A DNA stretch of 64,000 nt from Pecten maximus (Eukaryota), in the NCBI RefSeq assembly GCF_902652985.1, contig NC_047024.1, positions 39,370,001 to 39,434,000 on the forward strand, written 5' to 3'. The position numbers were made by a program, and so were the translations under genes. Shown here piece by piece: positions 1 through 13,900 of this stretch. Position 1 is the first letter of the stretch. Each line of letters starts with the position of its first letter. Below the pieces are notes generated by a model. That model was not told where the DNA came from, made no database searches, and worked only from the letters and a program-made list of their open reading frames with translations.

Positions 1-1489
1 TTATATACTACCTTACTAAAAGGCATCTTTTATATATACTGTAGTATTATCTTGTTTTCTAAAACTTGATCCTGGTTAAATAGTTTACATACTTACATTT
101 TACACCAATGTCATTGTGATATTGTCATACTGAAATAAACAATATTGACTTGGCTTTTCCTTCGTAGTCATCGCTTGGATACAGAGCTTGTCAACAAAGC
201 CATGCAATCTGACCAAGCTGTTTTAGAATTACAGTGAACAAAGAGACTTTTGATGAAACACTTTAATTTGTGTCTGATCCGAGTTCACTGCTCAGTACAT
301 GCAGTCTTTCTCAAAATTGCCAATATTTATCACTGAATCAAAATTGACCTTTGACCTTTCAACCTGCACTTTTAACTAATTCAAAATACTTAATTACGTA
401 TCAGCTGAATTTCTAGTCCTTCAGCGAAGCATAATGTAAAAATAACAAGTCTTTAACAATTCTTTGACCTATATATTAACATACTTCAGTAGATACAGCG
501 ACCTTTAACCTTTTGACCTTGTGAATGTGATTCTGTCTCATCTTCGCATTGGATATAGTAAGCAAGTGTATAAACAAAGGAACTCATTATGACCTATCAA
601 TAATATGTAAACCATGTACAGTTCAGTCCTAGTTCAATGGTAAAAGATAAGACAAAGAAGTGAGATAAATCAGATTTTATTCATTGTATTTCCTTCAATA
701 TCACAATGTTTTCACTGAAAAATAAAACTGATTATTAGCCCTGTAAAAAGAACAACATTTTAGCAAATTACAAACAATATACTTACAGTTTAGTACTTGG
801 TTTCATTTCACTTCATTGAAGGACAGAGAAGAAGCAGAAAAGTTCAAAAACTTGAGAATCATAAAGTTCTGTGAACAGAACATTTTCATTGACAAAATCT
901 CTTCAAAAGAAAAACTGTGTGTGCAGAAGAATAATTTAAAATCACAAAGTAAGAATTCCATGACAGGAACGTTTTCAGTTTTTTTTCAGAAAAATGTAAA
1001 AATCCACAAGACAAAATATTGCCACATTTTCTGATACTTTTTTCTGTTTCTTCATTTTAAGTTGTATCCAAGGGAAAGTGAGAAGGGGTGATAGAGGAAA
1101 CAAAATTCAATGAGTTGGTAAAAAGGACAAAGGAAAGGACAGAAAGAACTGAACAGAAAGTACAAAATTGATAAGAAGATCACTGGATGTAGAAGACTAA
1201 ATAACCGAACATTAATGTTCATTTAAAAACCAACCCATGCCAAAGTAAAATACATTCATGTATCTAAATACACAGAAGTACAAAAACATTAAAAGAATTT
1301 TCAAATCAATATGCAGCTTAAGAAAGTACACCTTAATGTTACATTAAATTTCATCAAGTGTCAAGAGGTCAGTCATTAAGATGACAGAAATGGGTGATTA
1401 CTTTAACAAATAATCCCTGAAAGGCAATTTCCTTAAGAAAGCACAACTACATGATTGTCACGCTGATGTAGTCTACAAAGTTTCGGGTG

Positions 1490-1848
1490 GTCTTCAGGTT
1501 CTCGTCTTCTCGTTCACGCCCAATGCAGTGAGGGGCGGTCTTTAGATGGTTTATAAGTTCTCGTCTTCTCGTTCACGCCCAATGCAGTGAGGGGCAGTCT
1601 TCAGTTGGTTTACAGGTTCAACTTCTCATCTTTTCTTTTACGGCCAATGCAGTGAGGGCAGTCTTCAGTTGGTTTACAGGTTCAACTTCTCATCTTTTCT
1701 TTTACGGCCAATGCAGTGAGGGCAGTCTTCAGTTGGTTTACAGGTTCAACTTCTCATCTTTTCTTTTACGGCCAATGCAGTGAGGGCAGTCTTCAGTTGG
1801 TTTACAGGTTCAACTTCTCATCTTTTCTTTTATGGCCAATGCAGTAAG
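1490..1848. repeat. 64-bp tandem repeat, about 5.5 copies, intronic
   Basis: Unit ttctcatcttttcttttacggccaatgcagtgagggcagtcttcagttggtttacaggttcaac recurs at 1623, 1687, 1751 and 1815, with diverged copies upstream. Confidence 0.9.
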
Positions 1849-2837
1849 GGTCGGTGTTTATGTCCACCTCTGTTTAAGTGTACCAGTCTAGGGGTGTGAC
1901 AGGACAGCTCCCTGGAACAGAAACTCTTAAGGTGGTCCTCTTCAGGTCCTCTTAACGAACAACGCTTTTGTTTTAAATAGGTCAACTGGAAGCTTAGACA
2001 GGGGATCTTAGGACAAATAAATTGATGACAGGCAGACAATGCCATACAATAAAATGTTTCTTAAAACTTTTATGGTATGTAAAAAAGGCTGGCTTGAAAT
2101 GACAGAGAAAAGGATTTACACGATGCAGTGAAAAGAGGAATGGATTATACAGAAAAATATGATTTTTTCTGCAGTGTTTCATTACATCTTCAAGAAAGCT
2201 GGTTATATGAGGACAGATATATACAAAAATAGGTATAAGAAGTGCAAATTGAACTGAGAAATGATAAGGAGAGAGAAAACAATGAAGCGAAATGAATCCT
2301 TTCAGTTTGTTCCTATTGATAAACATTTATGTTGAAGCCAGTCACTTTTGTCAAGGAAAATATCAAAAATGACACAAGTTATTGTCAAATCTGGTTCTTT
2401 TTTAAGCGGAAAAGCATTTTATTAATTTAAACTGTATCTCTACAGACATAACTTCAGCTCTGTCCACGGTTGAGACTCAATTCATAGTTTTTTTTAAATT
2501 TTGAATTCCTTTACTTATTGTTTTATATCAACAATTTCTAGTTTCTCTTTCTCAATGGGTACAAAATAAAATCACAACATACCCACTTACTATTCACTAC
2601 CAGGTATATTACATTTACAAAGAATTTAATGCAATGTTGAATTCTGATTTGGAATTATTGTGAAAACATTCAAGAAAGATGATCCATTTTAAAGTGTTTT
2701 TTTCTCAATGAATCTCAAATAGTGTGACTGACATCAACATAAAATATTCATATGTTATCCCCAACCAAAATCATCATTAACAGTTTCCCTTTTCCATCAT
2801 AGATAACAAATGAAATATATAACCAGTTTTTACTCAC

Positions 2838-3095
2838 CTTTTGTCCTTACAAAACAGTTTCAAGAATCAATTTCTTCTCTTTCTCCTCTTGGCTTAAGAT
2901 GTTTTGTTGCCATGGAAACCATATCTGACAGTCAGATGATCAGTTGTCATGAAAACAAAGGTCTTGCACATTTCACAAAAGTCTTTGACCTTTGAACTGC
3001 AGCCAAGAACAGTTTTTACACTGTCTCCAGTGCTACCACAAAATGGCAGTGAGTCAATCTGTCCAAATGCTGACACAATGCATTCAAATATGGAC
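2838..3095 (-). other. Candidate alternative (poison/NMD) exon in FNBP4
   Basis: Acceptor tatttcag|G at 3095 and strong donor AAG|gtgagt at 2838. It reads in frame with the preceding phase-2 exon to TAA at 2896-2894, 56 nt before the donor. The peptide is not WW-like. Confidence 0.4.
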
Positions 3096-3367
3096 CTGAA
3101 ATAGGGTCTTTCTTATTTTAATTAATAAAATAAAACTTTTCATCTGAAATCTTATGTCATCCTCACTTCTTAGTGCATAAGAGTTCTATGATAACACAGA
3201 ACAAGCAGGCAAGCTAAACTAAGTAAGGCTTTAATAAATTCTTATATTACACATGAATTTTCAACGATATAGTTTTAGAAGTTTGGTGTTGGGGGTGGGT
3301 AACAGGTCCATACTTGGTGGCACTAATGAGGATGTAGATGACAGTAGAGAAAACAAGATGGCCGTAC

Positions 3368-6300
3368 CTGTCCCAGTGACACGTCCATCCAGGGGGTGCT
3401 GCACTCTGCTCATACTGCTGTAGTTGCCAGTTTGCCTCCTCAAGTTTGGCTACAAAGAATTCTGTGTTCAATCCACCAGCCTGCCAGTCTTGATGTCTTG
3501 TCTGAAAATATAAATATTTCGTTAACTCTTTTCGTTTCACTAATAATCATGGACTATCCCATGATGAACTGTGTTGAAATTATTATTCCCTTATTTCAGT
3601 TCGAACTTGCCCCAAAACCACGGTCTTTCTAACACTGACTACACCTGTATACTAAATGCTAGAATATCACCTCACCCCTGTGTTATTTTCTGGAAACATT
3701 CATTCTTAATAAAAGATAAGGGGAGGTAGGGTGGTAAATCAGTGTGGTGAGTACAAACCTCATTCATAAAATAATGATTTTAAAAGAAATTTTTAATTTC
3801 ATTTCATTTGCTTTGTACTTGCTACACATGTACAATTACAATAACACTGCTAGTATGCTGGACAGTCTATATGTTACACCTGACTAGACAAGGTGTTGAC
3901 CGACCTGATTCTGTATCTGTAGCCTTACCTCCAGCTCTATCAGAAGTATCTGTAGTTTGGAAAGGCCTTTCTTTGTCACTTCCAGAAACTCAAGTTTACT
4001 GAGAGCCAAATCTGCCAACTCTGATGCCTGCATCTGTACACGATAAAAACTTTCTTTTCACAAAGTTTGTAAGAAGAATTCTTAATTCTTAAATATATAT
4101 TAATTGTATATTTCAATTTATTCATTTTGAATTATATGCATTTTATTTGACAAGAATCAACGATCATTATCATACAAGTTCTCTTCACACATTCTAAAAC
4201 TCATGAGGATTGTGTTCATCTATTACATCTGCAAATGAGATAACTTATTGAGAATTTAGTCCTAGGAATTCAAAGATGCTCCAGCACCAACTGATTTTAA
4301 CAACACGCTGTAGCATACCTGGGCTTTACTAATTATTTATCAAATGCTTGAAGGTGACAGAGTGTAGTCACCGAAACCCAACAAGATGCCCATAGGCCTT
4401 ATCGGTCATCCGAGTTCTGATAGATATACGGCCAAGAATTACATGTAATTATGTGTATGTATACGATTTCATTGCTACCATGCTAGTCAATACATGATAT
4501 TTATTATTGTAATTACCTGAGAATATTTTAAAGATCTTACTGATATAAAATTTGAGTTTTACCTTGATACTACTATATCATATGATCGACCTGGAGATTG
4601 GCTTGGTTCTGACTGCCTATAAGTTTGTAGTGTGACCAGTTTGACTTTAGAACTACAGTATCATATGATCGACCTTGAGATTTGCTTGTTTCTGACTGCC
4701 TATAAGTTTGTAGTGTGACCAGTTTGACTTTAGAACTACAGTATCATATGATCGACCTTGAGATTGGCTTCGTTCTGACTGCCTTTGTGGTATGACCAGT
4801 TTGACTTTAGAACTACAGTATCATATGATCGACCTTGAGATTTGCTTGTTTCTGACTGCCTATAGTTTGTAGTGTGACCAGTTTGACTTCAGAACTAGTA
4901 TCATATGACCGACCTTGAGATTGGCTTGGTTCTGACTGCCTTTGTAGTGTGACCAGTTTGACTTCAGAACTACAGTATCATATGACCGACCTTGAGATTT
5001 ACCTAACTGGACCCTCCTTTAGTCGATCTTCAGACTTAACCATAGACTAAAGTGTTGTAAACCTACCTTGAGATTAGCTAACTGGACCTCCTTTAGGCGA
5101 TCTTCAGACTTAACCATAGACTTAAGTGTTGTAAACCTACCTTGAGATTAGCTAACTGGACCTCCTTTAGTCGATCTTCAGACTTAACCATAGACTAAAG
5201 TGTTGTAAACCTACCTTGAGATTAGCTAACTGGACCTCCTTTAGGCGATCTTCAGACTTAACCATAGACTAAAGTGTTGTAAACCTACCTTGAGATTAGC
5301 TAACTGGACCTCCTTTAGGCGATCTTCAGACTTAACCATAGACTTAAGTGTTGTAAACCTACCTTGAGATTAGCTAACTGGACCTCCTTTAGTCGATCTT
5401 CAGACTTAACCATAGACTAAAGTGTTGTAAACCTACCTTGAGATTAGCTAACTGGACCTCCTTTAGGCGATCTTAAGACTTAACCATAGACTAAAGTGTT
5501 GTAAACCTACCTTGAGATTAGCTAACTGGACCTCCTTTAGGCGATCTTCAGACTTAACCATAGCTTTCTCCAGGAACTTCTCTGTTTCTGGGGGAAGCTC
5601 CTCTACAACAGGCACTTTCTGTACACTTTCATCCTCTACATTCACAACTTCTTTTTCTTTTATTTCCTCTACAATTACTTCAACCTCTTTCTTCTCCTTC
5701 TTTTCTTCTTTTTTACTCTCTTTCTTCTCCTTCTTCCCATCTTTGTCTTTCTTTTTCTCATCACGGTCTCTATGCTTATCTTTCTTTTTCTCATCTTTGT
5801 CCTTATCCCTGTCTCTGTCTTTTCTTTTATCTCCCTTTTCATCTCGATCTCTCGAATGTCTGTCATCTTTTTTCTTTTTCTTGTCTTTTCTGTCTTCATG
5901 TTTCCTCTTAGAGTCTCTATCATGATCTCTCTCACTCGATGATCTATGTGATCCTGCATGCAGTAGTGATAATGTTAACATCATTTTAATTTTACATTTC
6001 AGAGAGCACAAAAAAAAGATAGTATTTCATTATGATATAATTAAAAAATTTACATTTCAGAGAGTACAATGAAACTGTAGTTTAAACATTATTTCATATA
6101 TATGATATTTTGCATGGAGTACGGAAAAATGATACTATTTCATTATGATAATGTCGTACATTAAAAATTTTACATTAAGATATAAACTTTCACATACAAC
6201 ACAATCAAATGTAATAGTCTAAACAGTAGATAGTATAATAAAACATTAATTTTTATTATTAAGCTACAGCAAAAAATAATCAAGTGTTATCGATAAATAG

Positions 6301-9300
6301 ACAATTAAATACACACCATGTTCATGGTCCCTCTTTCTGAAGTCAGAGCCCTTTGGTCTCTTGCTATCCCACACTGTCTGTGGGAGGTCGTCCTCACTTG
6401 GCCGTTTTCCTTGGTGGTCCAACACGCCGCTCAAGTTCTCGTGCCATCATCTCCTCAATGGCAGCTTTGCGTCTAGCAGCATTACGCGCCTCCATCTCTT
6501 GTCGTTTCTGGACCTGCATAGATTGGAGGAGCATGTGTTTGTAATGAATTATCTGATAGAAAAGATTTTAGTGTGGAAAACACTATAACCGTTGCCAGAG
6601 TGGCGGACTAAAACCTGCCACTTCCCAACCTACCCAGATTCCCCCTCCACTCAACACACTGTTGATTAAGGGACAAAATTAACCAGATTCTGTCTATACA
6701 TAGGTAAAGGAGCATAATGTCACAAAAAAATAAGCAGATCAAAACAGTTAATACAGGTGCACAGCTTAAATGTTTGTATGCTGACACATAGTTCCATTTC
6801 GTTTATTTTGTTCAAAATCATATTATCAGCCAGGGTTATTTAGGGACATGCCAGGTTTTGAAGGTGGAGGGAAACTGGAGAACCCGGAGAAAAACCACCG
6901 GCCTACGATCAGTATCAGACAAATTTCATCCCTTCACCACTCCAAAATCAGAATTTACAGATGAAAGAGTGATGTTTAACCCCGACTAAATGATGACCCT
7001 TTGATGGTGTGATAGAAGGACAGCACCAATCTAGTAATAGTGAGATACTAGGAAGTCTTTCTACAGTAGTACATACTTTGTGGCGCACGACTTACCTGTT
7101 CCTTCATTTCCTCAACCAGGCTCCTTTGCTTCGGTCCTTTGATCTCCTTCTTTTTCTCTACGACACTAGCTTTGGGCTCCTCTTTAGGCGTCTTCTTGCT
7201 TTCGGGCTGATGCAGAAAACATCAAAACATTTGATATAATATTTATTGATAACAAACAAAATATTTGGCAATATTTTACATTAATAAACTTCTTTATTAT
7301 TGTTTTGGATATTGTTCAAAAACTTTGGTACCTCCAAGCATTCAATTTCTCTATATATCTCCCTAGTAAAACAAAACCTCAAGACAATGAAGTTACCATG
7401 CTGATATCCCTACTTTGTATCTTTGTTGCACCTACAGGACATAATACGTGCAAATTATTCCCATTGCTTCATTTAGAAGATTTTTTTTTACCTAATGCAA
7501 ATTTTAGTCAATCTTATGACTAACCTTTTTAGTTTCTTTATTGTCAAATGCCATGTCAAGGGCTGCATCAATATCGTCCAGATCCATGTCTACCTCGGCA
7601 CTGTCAGAGTCCTCCTTGCTCTTTTTGGTTGGCTTTTTAGCATCATCACTATCATATGCACTACTACTACTCTCGTCATCACTATTGTCAAAGTAAGTAG
7701 CATCAACCAATGATGCTTTAGAGGACTTAGTGCTGTCTGGCTTGGGAGAATGCTGATGGTCTACATTTTTTAGAATACCACTACTTTTCTTCTGGTTCAG
7801 GAAACTAGAGGTTGATGATACACCAGAGTTATCACCCCCTTCCAGAGAGGAAACACTACCAGAGGGCAGCTCAGGACCAAACAGGCCAGTTTTTCCAGAA
7901 TTCACACTGTCAGGACTGATATAAAACATCAATTATTGATTGTTCAATCAAAATACTGCCCAATAAACTTAAATACACACCCTACAATGTTTCAAAGAGA
8001 TCAGCTCAAGAACAAAGTCAGAAAAGATACTTTTTCAAAATTTGTTGAATCAAAATTGGTCAGGAAAACTGCTTTTTCCCATATTTATATAGCATTATAA
8101 CAAGTTCTGAAGAGTTTAGAATGGTCAAAACCGGAAAGGAAAGATTGCTAAGACAAAAGATTAAATTACTGTAAAACCCATCACGATTGCAACTCATTGT
8201 ATTTAGATGTTATATTCATAAACAAAATAACATTGGTGTAAATTTACAAATTTGTTTAAACAAATGTCCTCTCCAACATAATAGACATATATGCATGTGG
8301 TGTAAGTATGGTGTATGAAATTATTAGGGATATATTACAATAGGGTTAAGTGGTTTACGAGGATTTCCTCCAGTAATTACACTATCAATTTACTCACTTG
8401 TCCTGTTTGGGCTTGGTTGGTTTGACCCGCCCTTCCTTGGTGAGTCGGTCAACTTTCTCCTCATACTCCTTGCGTAGTAACAGGTACTGGGTGAATTCAG
8501 CTGGGATCTCCCAGGTCACTTCGTTAGTGATTGTATTCCAGTAATAGAAACACTGGGTGTGTTCATCCAGCGTCTGCTGCCAGACTGACACAGGCTCTAC
8601 GGAGGAAATGCCACATTTTTTTTCAAACAAAATCATTTCTTGAATTTTTTGCTTTCAATCAAAAACATATCCTAATTTTCTCTAATTTCTCAAAATACAA
8701 GTGGATAGAAACATTCTTTCTTTACTTTCTCAATTTAAAATCAATAGATTTTACTTTCTCAATTTAAAATCAATAGATTTATAGTTTTCTCCAATTTCTT
8801 AATTTTTAGTCAAACATAAAGTATTTTTCAATTCTGTTTCTGAAGTATCTAACTCTCAATTATTTAGTTTTGTATTGAAGGTGCTAATGTCTTGTATGTA
8901 CATGTATGAGCATGTAATTATAAATGCATACCAAAAGAAATAGTTACAGTATTTGTAATACAATTATGTATTGAAGCATGTTATGTATTGTATGAATTGT
9001 CCTAACAGTTGAGAACACCATTGACATTGGGTAGTTTTATTTGGCTTAATCCCTTGGCTTATGTCTTTTGTACAATCTTTTTCACACCTAGTGCTAGTTT
9101 CCTTTTATAATTACCTTCTGGCCATTGTTCTTCCCTCGATTCCTTAGCAACTGCTTCAGTGTTTTCCTTCTGTGTCATAAACTCAGATGCCCCCTTAACA
9201 AACATACTCTTGTACTTGGACCTAGATTCCATATCTTTTGCTGCCTCTTCCTTTTTATTGAAAGACTTTGTGTGTGGATTCTCATTCCTGAAGTTCCGTA

Positions 9301-11177
9301 TAGACGTCTCTTCCTGATCATTGCTGCACTGCTGCGGATTAGTATTCAGCTTAAAGCTTGGTGGAGGAATTTCTACTTTAAAGCTTGGGCGAGCCTCTTC
9401 TTCCTCCTCATCTTCCTCTTCATCATCTGGGACAGGCAAGGCATCAATTTCCTGAGGAAAAAAAACAGTTTAATGTTAAACACATCCATGATCGGCTTTA
9501 CACTCTTCACTTTGTTAAACTTATTTTTGGTTCTAAAAATGATTACTTTGTCTAATTTCTTAATTTTCAGTTAACAGAAATAGTTTCCTTTAAATTCTCA
9601 GTTCAATTGAATTGACTAGAATGAATTTCATTTAATCATTAATGGATGGCTTTAACTCTTCCACATAATCACACCATGTGACACCTCCGGTCCTATCCAT
9701 TATAACATTTGAAACAATCCTCACAAGTTTTTGATAGTCATTGATTTATTCCTCTGATTTAAGACTCTGTTTTTGTTTATGCTCCCTCTCATGGGTACAT
9801 GGGTCTCTTTGGCCCATGCCTAAATAATTCTAGACTTACAGCCAAAAAGTCTGCCACTTTGTCATCAATGTCTGTTTTACCACCGTTGACCTGGCCTGGT
9901 GGTATGGAGGTCGCAATTCCATCCTTCCCAGGACCTAGAATGGTGTGTATTGATATCCAAAATACATTAAGAGTAAAGCATAATTGGTCAAGTGCATAAT
10001 AAACTTAACGCTAAAAACATTAATATAAATTCATTGCAGGATTTGGATTACATAACTAGCCTTTTTTTTTAAAAAATGTCCACTGTGATATTGATGGATG
10101 TTATAATTAAGTATAACTTGATTTATTTTTTGGTATAGTGAGAGTCCACGGTGGCATTACTTACCTTCATCAAGCTCCTCATCAGTTACCTGTTCCTCAT
10201 CATCATATCCGCCATCTACAAAAGCACCTAAAGAAAAAAAATTATAGTTGTTAATTTCCAAATTTTAGTGTTTATCAACAAAGAAAGAAGACAAAGGACA
10301 AGAAAAGTAAAATAACAAGATTATTCTGCTACTATTTTATCATTGAAACACTTGGTAAAGCTTGTTAAAGAATAAAAGAATTTGTTGGTATTTCTACTGA
10401 AAGGTCACTTGTGTATGGATTTATTGTTGAATGAAATATGGTAATCTTAGAATATCACAACTAGCAGATTTTACACATAAAACTGTTACCTCTTGAATCA
10501 TCATCTTCTTCATTTTGTCGTCCATAGCCATAGCGTGCTGTGAAGACAGTTAAATGTGTTAATTTAAAATAAATATGTTGAAGTTGTTTAATGTTAAGAA
10601 ATTAATAACAAGTGCTAATTGTAATGTGGACCATCACAGATGTGCCCCAAACACCCCCAGTCATACTATTGTGCTCGGTATCCCTCATAACCTATCTATA
10701 CCAATTTTCACTTTAATTTGACAATTTCTTAATTTCGACCAACGGCCTTAAAGGCCTCCATTTCGTTACCGTGGCAACAAAACTTTCCGAAAATGTGACC
10801 ACATTATTCAGCATCCCTAAAAACCCCTATGTACCAATTTTTACAGCTATTGGAGAAAATCCGACAGAAATCACCTCTGGTGGCCATCTTTGATTTCTGA
10901 TTGCCAAAAAAAAAAAAAATATGCGTGCACCCCCTGACCCTAATTAGTGTGTCTGTGAAGTTTCATGAAGATCCTCACAGCAGTAGTTTCTTACAAAAAA
11001 AATGTCCGGACATCAATTAGAATTTTACATTTATAAAATTGATCAGTATATGCATATTGATTATATATATAAGCTAGCATAGTGAAATCAGTCCTGTAGA
11101 CAATATCTACCTAGAAAACTGTCCTTGTTGTCACCCAGTTGTAGTACTGTCCTCCTCTTCCCTCTCTGTTTTCCCAT
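3368..11177 (-). CDS. FNBP4: Formin-binding protein 4 (WW-domain protein), multi-exon, 3' end continues left of the window
   Basis: Coding exons (minus strand): 11177-11111, 10537-10490, 10227-10165, 9934-9840, 9451-9115, 8596-8398, 7915-7525, 7206-7096, 6552-6317 (or 6398), 5953-5511, 4033-3929, 3501-3368. All are GT-AG and phases match except at the 6.4-kb exon (see findings). FNBP4-like motifs: N-terminal MGKQRGKRRTVLQL, DIDDKVADFLAEIDA, WW1 (WQQTLDEHTQCFYYWNTITNEVTWEIP), ELADLALSKLEFL...ETRHQDWQAGGLN, and the start of WW2 (PPGWTCHWDR). Confidence 0.88.
4576..4995. repeat. About 80-bp tandem repeat, about 5 copies, FNBP4 intron
   Basis: tatcatatgatcgaccttgagatt...gaccagtttgactttagaactacag repeated with a 76-84 bp period. 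It shares accttgagatt with the adjacent 74-bp array. Confidence 0.88.
4992..5563. repeat. 74-bp tandem repeat spanning an FNBP4 exon end and its 5' splice site
   Basis: cttgagattagctaactggacc units at 5067, 5141, 5215, 5289, 5363, 5437 and 5511. The copy at 5511 is the real exon end. Confidence 0.95.
6838..6910 (-). mobile_element. SINE-like fragment
   Basis: ggagggaaactggagaacccggagaaaaaccac resembles a conserved central-domain motif of aquatic-animal SINEs (recognised from memory). Confidence 0.35.
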
Positions 11178-11607
11178 ACCTGGAATAGTTAATACATGTA
11201 CTTACATGTAATTAATAAATTCAATGTCAAAGCAACAGTGATCAGAAAGCCAATATTTTAATCTTAATTAACAAAAACATCTTATCATTATTTTGATATT
11301 ACTGAGGCCATTATGGGGTAAACTAAAATGACCATGTGATATAGAAGGAATGTTACATGCATCAAATATGAAATTACTCAGAATCACCAGTAGGACAGTG
11401 TTAAATACAGCTGTGAGGGGAATATAATACACACAGAATATAACACAGCTATGGGACCAAACAAGCGATTTTGGGTAAATAAACATTCCATTATCCATTT
11501 ATGTATAAGGTAGTTGTTCTGTCATGCCAAATCTATTTTGTCTACACCAAAATCTTAGCAACATCAAACAGTTGGAGAATTTCATGTTTTCATATACTGT
11601 AGAGCAA

Positions 11608-12120
11608 GGGTACGTAATTTCGCACACCTGACAATTTTTTTAGTTAATCCTCAAAGTGGTTGAGGACTGTGTTTTGTTTATATGGTGAATAATGTCAGAC
11701 TTTCATGGAACTTTTGCTATTTCAAATATATCTTTTCTGATTAAGTTTGTTCTGAAAACAAAGTCTGACTGATACGATTCTCTTCCGATAAATATATATA
11801 CAGGAAAATTAATTATTTTATCTAAAATAATCCTAGTTAAGGAAAATATCCTTTGATCAGATGTGCCAAGTATAACTGCAAAATTAAAGAAGTTAGACAG
11901 GTGGGAGAAATTACGTTCCCGATCAATTCAAATCCAGAAATAAACACAAGTTAATGTCAATTCCCATGCACAGTGATATGCGTACGTAGTAATATAACAG
12001 GTTATACAATTGTATGTTATGAAGAATTTGTACATCTAACAATGCGAGATATTCTTTCTCAATCTGAAATTTCGAAATGCATTGAAAAAAACACCGAAAA
12101 TGTAAGAAATTACGTACCCC
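11608..12120. mobile_element. Non-autonomous TIR element (MITE-like)
   Basis: gggtacgtaatttc (11608) and its inverse gaaattacgtaccc (ending about 12120). A further internal inverted copy lies at about 11896-11920. Confidence 0.5.
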
Positions 12121-12699
12121 ACTAGTACTCTACCCTATGTTTACACATTCGGACTATGTCACGATCTGTCAGAAACTCTGGCTAAGCAAAGCATTGATGT
12201 TTGGTCACAAATTTAAAAGAGTTTTCTTGCAATATCAGCATACTGTAACTATTATTAAATGAATTACAGCTCTGTAAATCATATTGTGCTCGTTGGTTTT
12301 AAGAAGCGCCTATACATATTTGGTCATATAATGTGCGAATCTCATGGCCATGTTTAATTTTCCAGACGCACGCCAGCACCGCTGTGGTGTTCCAAGTGTG
12401 TACGTATATATACCCATATTGAAAAGCCTGGGCAAGCAATATGCTATAATATTTTTTTTTATAGTGAACAAAACTATAACCCGAGACCCCGTATACAGCT
12501 AATGGTCGAAAATAGTCAATACAACAGCTTCGCCGTGGTGTTATAGGGGCCTATAACAATATAGACACGATCTCGGTTATCGATCAGCCATGCAGACAGA
12601 CCATGTTACTGATGTTAGGTCTTATTTCATTACAACCGTCACGTTGTCCTGATGTATGTAAAAATCATACTAACTTTTTATAATCTATATACTGTTTTG

Positions 12700-12840
12700 A
12701 AGCAGTGATTTCCATCCAAGTTCTCACATTTTCGCCGTATTAGTTCGTGTAAAATGTCAAAGCGAACTCCACCTGACCCATTTCTCTTCGAGACTGACCG
12801 AATTTTCCTAATGTAACCGATGCTGTGATTGGTCGGAAAT
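12700..12840 (-). promoter_or_regulatory. Possible FNBP4 promoter and non-coding first exon
   Basis: CpG-richer patch upstream of the ATG exon, which starts with an acceptor only 2 nt before the ATG and so needs an upstream exon. CCAAT box on the minus strand at 12828-12832. Confidence 0.3.
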
Positions 12841-13413
12841 AAATTACAGATTGTACTCAGTCTGTTCATCGACTAAACGAACCATTTTATAAATTTCGTC
12901 AAGTGCACGATGTTAATATTAGAATACAGTCATATTTGACTTCGATCTGTGTCTTATTCAATCTTTGTTCTCTTTCGGAATAGAAAGGAAAGAAATCACA
13001 AAATAGATAAATAAGATAGCTACAGTATATCCGCACCGCAAAAAATATATATGTATTAAAATAAAATAATATTATGATAAATGGTCAACTTTATTTTATC
13101 CATTAACTCAGAAATTAGTTCCTAATTGCTATATTTAATTGATACCACTTAAACTATAAGATGATATCAATAATTCAATTTGTTATAGGCCTAGTGATAA
13201 CACCAGAGACATATACATATATAGATCTATATGTCTCTGATAACACCAACTCATTATAGGGATATCACCTATTCAGTTTCAGAAGACGCTTACACTGCCG
13301 GACAATCTTGCCATAGTTTCAATGGTCTCCCTGCAAATCGCTTTATTCATTTTGAATTAGAATTACGATTTGACTTTTATGTGCTTATATTTTCTATTTT
13401 CTATTTTGTTATG

Positions 13414-13900
13414 AAATGAACAGGCGATCGGAGTGAATGTGACATTATCACAATGAATAGGTGACATCACCACGATGAATAGGAAACATCGCCACAATGA
13501 ATATGTGATATCACCACGATGAATAGATGACCTCACCACGATACATAGGTGATATCACCACGATGAATAGGCGATTAAAATGAATAAATGACATCACCCT
13601 GGTGAATAGGTGATCATAATGAACAGGTGACATCATCACGAAGAAACTAGGGATCAAAATGAACACGATGAATAGATGACATCATCACGATGTATAGGTG
13701 ACATCACCAAAATGAATGGCGAACATCACCAAAATGAATAGGCGATATCACCACGATGAATAGATGACATTATCACGATGAACAGGTGACATCACCACGA
13801 TGAATAGGCAATCAAAATGAATAGGTGACATTATCACGATGAATAGATGACATCATCACGATGTATAGGTGACATTATCACGATGAGTAGGTGATCCAAA
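13414..13900. repeat. Diverged 22-bp tandem repeat (atgaataggtgacatcaccacg)
   Basis: About 22 degenerate copies, related to the palindromic unit inside the 14632-15482 element. Confidence 0.85.

Noticed and set aside
5512-5959. Ser/Phe-rich + strand ORF and alternative-frame Arg/Lys-rich ORF
   Set aside because: They are shadows of the low-complexity Lys/Asp/Glu-rich FNBP4 exon.
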